From assembly GCF_001457615.1 (NCBI RefSeq), contig NZ_LN831024.1:4470001-4502000 (forward strand): DNA of 32,000 bases, read 5' to 3'. Position 1 is the stretch's first letter. The number at the start of each line of letters is the position of its first letter. Of the stretch, positions 26,472-32,000 are shown piece by piece. Source of the DNA: Pseudomonas aeruginosa. Its GTDB lineage: Bacteria > Pseudomonadota > Gammaproteobacteria > Pseudomonadales > Pseudomonadaceae. The position numbers and the translations under genes were made by a program. Below the pieces are notes generated by a model. That model had not been told where the DNA came from, did no database searches, and saw nothing but the letters and a program-made list of their open reading frames with translations.

Positions 26472-27830
26472 CTAGCCTGCCTCGAACAAAGCCATGGCCT
26501 CGACATGTGCGGTCTGCGGAAACATATCGAGGATTCCGGCGCGCTTCAGACGATAGCCCTGCCTGGCCATTTCGCCAGCATCGCGCGCCAGGGTCGCCGG
26601 ATTGCAGGATACATAGACTACCCTCCGGGCACCCAGAGAACTCATTTCGCGTACCGCCTCGAACGCGCCGTCGCGCGGCGGATCGAGCAGCACAGCGGTA
26701 AAACCTTGCTCCGCCCAGGGCGCTTCGGCAAGCGCTTTGGACAGGTCGGCCTGGAAAAAGTGCGCGTTGCCAAGGCCATTGGCCAGCGCGTTGGCGCCTG
26801 CCCGCTCGACCATCGCCGCCACGCCCTCCACCCCGACTACCCGCGCCACCCGGCGCGCCAGCGGCAGGGAGAAATTGCCCAGCCCGCAGAACAGGTCGAG
26901 GACCCGCTCGTCGGCGGTCGGCGCCAGCCAGTCAAGGGCCTGGCGGATCATCGACTCGTTCACCGGCGCATTGACCTGGACGAAGTCTCCGGGTCGGTAT
27001 GCCAGAGTCAGTTGCCAGTCACCCAAGGAGTAGCCCAGTTCGGCGGCCGGCTCCACCGGCAAGGGCTGTTCCGCACCTTGCAGCCAGAGCTGGGCCTGGT
27101 GTGCGGAGCAGAAAGCGGCCAGGCGCTGGCGATCCTCGTCGACCAGGGCAGTCGTATGCCGCAACAGCAATGCACTGGCCGTGCCATGGAAGAGCTCCAC
27201 GTGGCCGATGCTTTCCGGCTTGCGGAAGTCCTGCAGAAGAGCAGGCAGGGCACGGGCAATCGTTTGCAAAGGCGGCACCAGGACCAGGCACTCATCGAAG
27301 GCGACGATCTCCTGGCTGGCCGAGGCACGGAAGCCGACATCCAGACGCCGCGCCCTGGCATCCCAGCGCACGGCGATCCGAGCGCGGCGCCGATAGCCGA
27401 ATTCGGGCCCGACCAGAGGGGCGGCCCATTCTTCCGGCTCGATCCCGGCGAAACGCTGCAACTGCTCCTGCAAGGTACGCTGCTTCAGGGTCAACTGCTC
27501 GCCGTGTTCCAGGTGCTGCAGGGTGCAGCCGCCGCAGCGACCCGCTACAGTGCAGGGCTCGCGGCGACGCAGGTCGCTACTGCTGAACAGGCGCTCGCTG
27601 CGCGCGTCGACCACCTTGCTTCGTGCGCCCAGCACCCGGGCCTCAAGTTCCTCGCCAGGCAGCCCGCCGCTGACGAACCAGGTCATCCCCGCCTCGTGGG
27701 CGATACCTCGGCCGTCATGGGCCAGGCGCTCGATGGTCAGGCGCTGCTTCTTGCCTACCGGTATCGCGGGACCGCGCGCACCACCGCTGGGCTGGAAGCG
27801 CAGCCCGCCCTTATTTCTGGCCATGGACAT
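26472..27830 (-). CDS. rlmD: 23S rRNA (uracil1939-C5)-methyltransferase RlmD (RumA)
   Basis: 452-aa ORF. TRAM-like N-terminus ([36 protein letters not shown]), Fe-S Cys cluster ([14 protein letters not shown]) and SAM-binding motif ([16 protein letters not shown]). It sits immediately upstream of relA, as in E. coli. Confidence 0.92.
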   Translation of the reverse strand: MSMARNKGGLRFQPSGGARGPAIPVGKKQRLTIERLAHDGRGIAHEAGMTWFVSGGLPGEELEARVLGARSKVVDARSERLFSSSDLRRREPCTVAGRCGGCTLQHLEHGEQLTLKQRTLQEQLQRFAGIEPEEWAAPLVGPEFGYRRRARIAVRWDARARRLDVGFRASASQEIVAFDECLVLVPPLQTIARALPALLQDFRKPESIGHVELFHGTASALLLRHTTALVDEDRQRLAAFCSAHQAQLWLQGAEQPLPVEPAAELGYSLGDWQLTLAYRPGDFVQVNAPVNESMIRQALDWLAPTADERVLDLFCGLGNFSLPLARRVARVVGVEGVAAMVERAGANALANGLGNAHFFQADLSKALAEAPWAEQGFTAVLLDPPRDGAFEAVREMSSLGARRVVYVSCNPATLARDAGEMARQGYRLKRAGILDMFPQTAHVEAMALFEAG

Positions 27831-27832
27831 GC

Positions 27833-28732
27833 TCAGCGCGGGTCATAGACGCCGGAAGACAGGTAGCGGTCGCCGCGGTCGCAGATGATCGCCACCAGCA
27901 CGGCATTCTCCAGTTCGCGGGACAGGCGCAGCATCGCCGCCACCGCCCCACCGGAGGACACGCCGCAGAAGATGCCTTCCTCGCGGGCCAGCCGGCGCAT
28001 GATGTCCTCGGCTTCGTCCTGGTGCATGTCGACGACCCGGTCGACGCGACTGGCGTCATAGATCTTCGGCAGGTATTCCTGCGGCCAGCGTCGGATTCCC
28101 GGGATGGCCGAGCCCTCCATGGGTTGCAGGCCGACGATCTGCACCGCCGGGTTCTGCTCCTTGAGGTAGCGCGAGACGCCCATGATGGTCCCGGTGGTGC
28201 CCATGGAGCTGACGAAATGGGTGATGCTGCCGCCGGTCTGCTGCCAGATTTCCGGGCCGGTGCTGTGGTAATGGGCTTCCGGGTTGTCGCCATTGGCGAA
28301 CTGGTCGAGGACCTTGCCGCGGCCTTCGCGCTGCAGCTTGTCGGCCAGATCGCGCGCGCCCTCCATGCCCTCTTCCTTGCTGACCAGAATGAGCTCGGCG
28401 CCATAGGCGGTCATCGCCGCCTTGCGTTCGGCCGTGGAGTTGTCCGGCATGATCAGGATCATCTTGTAACCCTTGATCGCCGCCGCCATGGCCAGGGCGA
28501 TGCCGGTGTTGCCGGAAGTAGCCTCGATCAGCGTATCGCCGGGGCGGATGTCGCCGCGCAGTTCGGCACGGGTGATCATCGACAGGGCCGGGCGGTCCTT
28601 CACCGATCCCGCCGGGTTGTTGCCTTCGAGCTTCACCAGCAGGGTATTGGAGGTTTCCCCGGGAAGGCGCTGCAGACGCACCAGAGGGGTATTGCCAACG
28701 CAGTCGGCGATAGTCGGGTACTGCACGGTCAT
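27833..28732 (-). CDS. cysM: Cysteine synthase B (O-acetylserine sulfhydrylase B)
   Basis: Start set at internal ATG 28732 ([23 protein letters not shown]...[20 protein letters not shown]...[13 protein letters not shown]...[11 protein letters not shown]). It has the PLP-lysine motif and is 299 aa. The 65-codon upstream extension in the track ORF lacks a protein-like pattern. Confidence 0.93.
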   Translation of the reverse strand: MTVQYPTIADCVGNTPLVRLQRLPGETSNTLLVKLEGNNPAGSVKDRPALSMITRAELRGDIRPGDTLIEATSGNTGIALAMAAAIKGYKMILIMPDNSTAERKAAMTAYGAELILVSKEEGMEGARDLADKLQREGRGKVLDQFANGDNPEAHYHSTGPEIWQQTGGSITHFVSSMGTTGTIMGVSRYLKEQNPAVQIVGLQPMEGSAIPGIRRWPQEYLPKIYDASRVDRVVDMHQDEAEDIMRRLAREEGIFCGVSSGGAVAAMLRLSRELENAVLVAIICDRGDRYLSSGVYDPR

Positions 28733-28923
28733 GGAGGCACTCGTTCGGCACTGACGGTAAAGGCTGAGCATGATACCGGGAAACTGGGGCCGGACCCTAG
28801 CACCGCAATATCCGGTCATGCATGCCGATTCAGCCGAAAGACCGCCCGGAACGGCATGCGATGCGATGACCAGAGGCGTCCGAAGAGAAAACCTGGCGTT
28901 GGACAGCCGATGCCTGACCAACG

Positions 28924-28958
28924 CCAAAGAAAGGTCCGACAGGCGTTGCGCCTGCCGG
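28924..28958 (-). terminator. Hairpin with T-rich tail after pirA
   Basis: On the minus strand: CCGGCAGGCG-caa-CGCCTGTCGG (9 bp, one mismatch) followed by ACCTTTCTTTGG. It begins about 24 nt after the pirA stop (28982). Confidence 0.5.
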
Positions 28959-28981
28959 TGAAAGCGCGTTGGCCGCGGCGA

Positions 28982-31210
28982 TCAGAACGAGGTGGTCATC
29001 GAAACGTAGTAGGCGCGACCCGGCTCGTTGTAGGTTGCCGCGCCGGCGTCGAAGGAGTTGCCCTGGCGGTACAGGCGCTTGTCGAAGAGGTTGCTTACCC
29101 CGCCCCGTACGCTCAGGTTCTCGCTGAAGGTGTAGCCGGCGCTGACGCCCCAGATGCCATAGGTACCCACCTCTTTTCGCGAGACCACCGGCGTGTTGCG
29201 GCTGGTGCCATGCTTCGGCGGCTCCTGGCGGCCGTAGATGGTGCTGGTCAGTTGGGTGGAAAGACGCTCGCTGGCCTGCCAGTCCAGGGTCGAGTTCAGG
29301 GTGTACTCGGGGATCACCGAAAGCGGGTTGCCGGTGTCCTTGTCCTTGGATTGCAGCATATAGGTCAGGTTGGTGCTCCAGCTCAGGTCCTCGTGCAGGG
29401 GGACCAGCAGGTTGCCTTCCAGGCCCTCGACCACTGCTTTCTTCGCGTTGCTCCATTGCAGGATGTTGTTACCGGTCCCGGTCTGTCCCATGACATCCAG
29501 CGGCGCGACGATCTTGTTCTTGTAGTCGTTGCGGAAGTAGGTGAGCCCGGCGACCCAGCCATCGCGCCGGAACTCGATGCCCAGTTCCTTGTTTACGCTG
29601 GTCTCGGCGTCCAGGTTCTCGTTGCCGACCAGGTAGCAGCCGCCGCTGCTGGTCTGGATCGGGCAACCGTTGCCACGGGTATAGAGCAGGTAGTTCGGGT
29701 TGCTCTGGTACAGGTTGGGCGCCTTGAAGGCCCGTGCGATACCGGCCTTGACCGTGAAGTATTCGCCGAGCGTCTGGGAAGCGTTCAGGCTCGGGCTCCA
29801 GTTCAGGCCGAAGTCGCTGTGATCGTCCAGGCGCAGCCCGGGGGTGAGCATGGTGCCGGGGCGCAGTTCGATATTGTCTTCCACGTACAGCGCGCGGATC
29901 TCCGCCTTGCTTTTCGGGCTTCGCGAGCCGGCCGCGGGGGTCCCCGGCAAGCTATCGCTTCCCACGAAGCCCTGCTTGAGCGAGGACGGGTCGTTGAGGG
30001 TTTCCTTGTTCCACTCCGCGCCCACCGTCAGCACCTGCTCGAACAACGCATGCAACGGAAGGTTGAGTTCGCCGCTGAGGCGATAGTTCTCCAGCTTGCT
30101 GGTGCTGAACGAACGGTCGGCGCCGATCTGCCCCTCGACGGAACCGGCCAGCCCCTCCTCCAGACGGTTGTTGCGGGTGGAGTCGTACTGGGCGACGAAC
30201 CTGGAAGTACCGAACGACCAGGTCCCGTTGTGGGTGATGGCGTAGTTCTCGCGATACATGCGGTTGGTCTCCGCACCGTCGTCGGCGAGTCCCTGGGTAT
30301 TGGCGGTGCCGTTGTTGTTCTGGGTATCGCCGGCATAGATGTTGCCCTGTCGGCTGAAGCCCGCTTCGAAATCGACGACCTGGTCGGGGGTCACCTGCCA
30401 CGACAGCATCCCGCTGAGATCGCGATTGCGTACCCCTTCGCGTCCGGCCACGGTACGGCTCGGGTTGACGGTATGTCCGAGGTTGATGTCGGTATCGTCC
30501 GAATCGGTCTTGTTCGCGCTGCCGTACGCGCGGAAGCTCAAGGCTTCGGTCAGCGGCCCGCTGAGGCTGAAGTTGGCGCGGCGCGTGGCGCCATCCTTGG
30601 AGCTTTCCGGAATGTTGGTGAACACCGTCATGGAACCACGCAAACGATCGGTCGGGCGCTTGGTGATGATGTTGACTACCCCGCCCGCCGCGCCGGAACC
30701 GTAGCGTGCCGCCGCGGGCCCACGGAGGACCTCGATGCGCTCGACCTCCTCCGGCGGCACCCAGTTGCTGTCGCCGCGGGTGTCGCGTTCGCCGCGCCAG
30801 CCGTAGCGCACCGAGTTGCGCGAGCTGACCGGTTTGCCGTCGACCAGGATCAGGGTGTTCTCCGGCCCCATGCCGCGGATGTCGATCTGCCGGTTGTTGC
30901 CGCGCTGGCCGCTGGAACTGTTGCCGGTGAGGTTGACCCCGGGCATGGTGCGGATGATCTCGGAGAGATCGTTCACCGGCGGGCGCTTCCTGATGTCCTC
31001 GGCGGTGATGATGGATACCCCCGGTGCCTGCTTGAGCTCCTGTTCGGCGGTGCCCAGCACCACCTCGTCACCCAGCTGGACCACCGATTCGGCGCGTTCG
31101 TCCAGTTCTTCCAGGCGCTCGTCCTCGGCCAGGGCCTGCCCGCCCAGCAGGCTCGATGAAGCGAAAAGGACGGCAGCGGCGAGATGGCCGCGACGGAATT
31201 GGGGGTACAT
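28982..31210 (-). CDS. pirA: TonB-dependent ferric-enterobactin/catecholate receptor (FepA/PfeA paralog PirA)
   Basis: 742-aa ORF with a signal peptide and a TonB-box/plug region (QAPGVSIITAEDIRKRPPVNDLSEIIRTMPGVNLTGNSSSGQRGNNRQIDIRGMGPENTLILVDGKPV). The C-terminus YNEPGRAYYVSMTTSF ends in Phe. Adjacency to a sensor kinase gene supports pirA rather than pfeA. Confidence 0.9.
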   Translation of the reverse strand: MYPQFRRGHLAAAVLFASSSLLGGQALAEDERLEELDERAESVVQLGDEVVLGTAEQELKQAPGVSIITAEDIRKRPPVNDLSEIIRTMPGVNLTGNSSSGQRGNNRQIDIRGMGPENTLILVDGKPVSSRNSVRYGWRGERDTRGDSNWVPPEEVERIEVLRGPAAARYGSGAAGGVVNIITKRPTDRLRGSMTVFTNIPESSKDGATRRANFSLSGPLTEALSFRAYGSANKTDSDDTDINLGHTVNPSRTVAGREGVRNRDLSGMLSWQVTPDQVVDFEAGFSRQGNIYAGDTQNNNGTANTQGLADDGAETNRMYRENYAITHNGTWSFGTSRFVAQYDSTRNNRLEEGLAGSVEGQIGADRSFSTSKLENYRLSGELNLPLHALFEQVLTVGAEWNKETLNDPSSLKQGFVGSDSLPGTPAAGSRSPKSKAEIRALYVEDNIELRPGTMLTPGLRLDDHSDFGLNWSPSLNASQTLGEYFTVKAGIARAFKAPNLYQSNPNYLLYTRGNGCPIQTSSGGCYLVGNENLDAETSVNKELGIEFRRDGWVAGLTYFRNDYKNKIVAPLDVMGQTGTGNNILQWSNAKKAVVEGLEGNLLVPLHEDLSWSTNLTYMLQSKDKDTGNPLSVIPEYTLNSTLDWQASERLSTQLTSTIYGRQEPPKHGTSRNTPVVSRKEVGTYGIWGVSAGYTFSENLSVRGGVSNLFDKRLYRQGNSFDAGAATYNEPGRAYYVSMTTSF

Positions 31211-31370
31211 GCGTGACTACTCCTGTCGAGGGAAAACGGGTAGCAGGCGAGCCACGAGGGATACGTTGACGTTTTTTCTGAAGCCTGGGTCGCCGGCGTT
31301 GCGCGGGTGACGTCTCGGCACGGGTAGGACAGGGCGCAGACCCGGAACAAGGCCGGCCGAGGAGATCGGC

Positions 31371-31389
31371 ACGGATGATAATCATTAAC
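31371..31389. promoter_or_regulatory. Fur box upstream of pirA
   Basis: ATGATAATCATTAAC (31375-31389) matches 14 of the last 15 positions of the 19-bp Fur consensus GATAATGATAATCATTATC. It lies about 165 nt upstream of the pirA ATG. Confidence 0.6.
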
Positions 31390-31406
31390 AAAAGAGAGTA
31401 AAGATC

Positions 31407-31430
31407 ATTTACATCCAGGCCAAATGTAAA
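31407..31430. repeat. AT-rich inverted repeat just downstream of the pirS stop
   Basis: TTTACAT-ccaggccaa-ATGTAAA (7-bp arms). On the minus strand a T-rich stretch follows (TGATCTTTACTCTCTTTTGTT). It could be a weak pirS terminator or a regulator site. GTAAAG also recurs at 31398 and 31426. Confidence 0.3.
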
Positions 31431-31445
31431 GGTACCTGCGCCTCG

Positions 31446-32000
31446 CTAGGCAGAAGGCAGCACCAGGCACAGGCGCAGCCCCGGATCGGCGGCTTCCGCC
31501 CATAGGCGGCCGCCCTGGAGCACCACGGCGCGACGGGCAATGCTCAGTCCCAGGCCGAAGCCCTTGCCGGTACGTGCCGAAGACAGCCGGGTGAACGGGC
31601 GGAAGATGGTCTCCAACTGGTGCTCGGCCACACCCTCGCCCTGGTCTTCCAGGCAAAGCCACCAGCAACTTCCTTCGCGCCGACCATGCAGGCGGATCAC
31701 GCCGCCTTCCGGCGAATGCCGGATGGCGTTGCGCAGCAGGTTCTCCAGGGCCTGGGCAAGTGCATTGAGGTTGCCACGCACGACACAATCCTCGGGCAGA
31801 GCGCTGCGGAACCGCTCGGCGGCCCAGCCGCTTTCGAAGCGTGCGTTCTCCACCAGCAGGTCCCATAACGCCGGGATGGAAATGTCCTCCAGCGCCAATA
31901 CCGGGCGTTCGGTGTCCATCCAGGCCAGCTCCAGGGTGTTGTCCACCAGTTGCTGCATGCCCCGTACCTCCTGCTCCAGGCGCTCGCGCAGGAGCTGCGC
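31446..32000 (-). CDS. pirS: Two-component sensor histidine kinase, C-terminal part (HATPase_c); 5' part beyond the window
   Basis: The frame is open from the window edge to the TAG at 31446. LAQALENLLRNAIRHSPEGGVIRL (N-box), LEDQGEGV (G1) and GKGFGLGLSIARRAVVLQGGRLW (G2) are present. The track start at 31958 is only an internal Met, because upstream codons (…QLLRERLEQEVRG) continue in frame. The symbol comes from adjacency to pirA. Confidence 0.85.
   Translation of the reverse strand, partial: AQLLRERLEQEVRGMQQLVDNTLELAWMDTERPVLALEDISIPALWDLLVENARFESGWAAERFRSALPEDCVVRGNLNALAQALENLLRNAIRHSPEGGVIRLHGRREGSCWWLCLEDQGEGVAEHQLETIFRPFTRLSSARTGKGFGLGLSIARRAVVLQGGRLWAEAADPGLRLCLVLPSA

Noticed and set aside
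28022-31159. 1045-aa ORF on the + strand, the longest ORF in the window
   Set aside because: It lies entirely antisense to cysM and pirA, both of which have unmistakable family signatures. Its translation is Ala/Gly/Arg/Val/Pro-rich low-complexity sequence with no recognisable domain. Long stop-free antisense frames are expected in high-GC genomes.

Overview
High-GC gammaproteobacterial chromosome. Gene content and order match what I recall (not verified by search) for Pseudomonas aeruginosa PAO1 from aspS (PA0963) to pirS (PA0930), shown in inverted orientation. I call about 37 protein-coding genes: aspS (partial), dps, a membrane-anchored cold-shock-domain protein, slyX, a HIT hydrolase, oprD, a PaaI thioesterase, proS, two lipoproteins, acyP, a YihY/UPF0761 membrane protein, an ArsC-family reductase, wrbA, hda, purMN, a MarR regulator divergent from a thioredoxin-like/DUF2024/Rof-like operon, wzz2, lpxO2, mazG, relA, rlmD, cysM, pirA and pirS (partial). 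Where the track ORF carries a spurious upstream extension, I re-set the start to an internal ATG with a Shine-Dalgarno. I see no rRNA, tRNA, CRISPR array, transposase, integrase or phage genes, and no defence-island signature, so this looks like conserved core genome rather than an accessory region. I could not find convincing evidence for a new multi-gene system. The main anomalies are two core genes, relA and wrbA, each broken by an apparent single-base loss at a short C/G run. If real, the relA break leaves only the catalytic N-terminal fragment. The best candidate for under-described biology is the MarR (Cys-rich tail) / thioredoxin-like / DUF2024 / Rof-like module with a palindromic operator. 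Other observations are a membrane-tethered cold-shock domain, two possible small ORFs, a 345-bp low-GC non-coding stretch with a perfect TATAAT, repeated motifs upstream of oprD and lpxO2, and a non-PAO1 oprD allele. The many long ORFs antisense to real genes are treated as high-GC artefacts.
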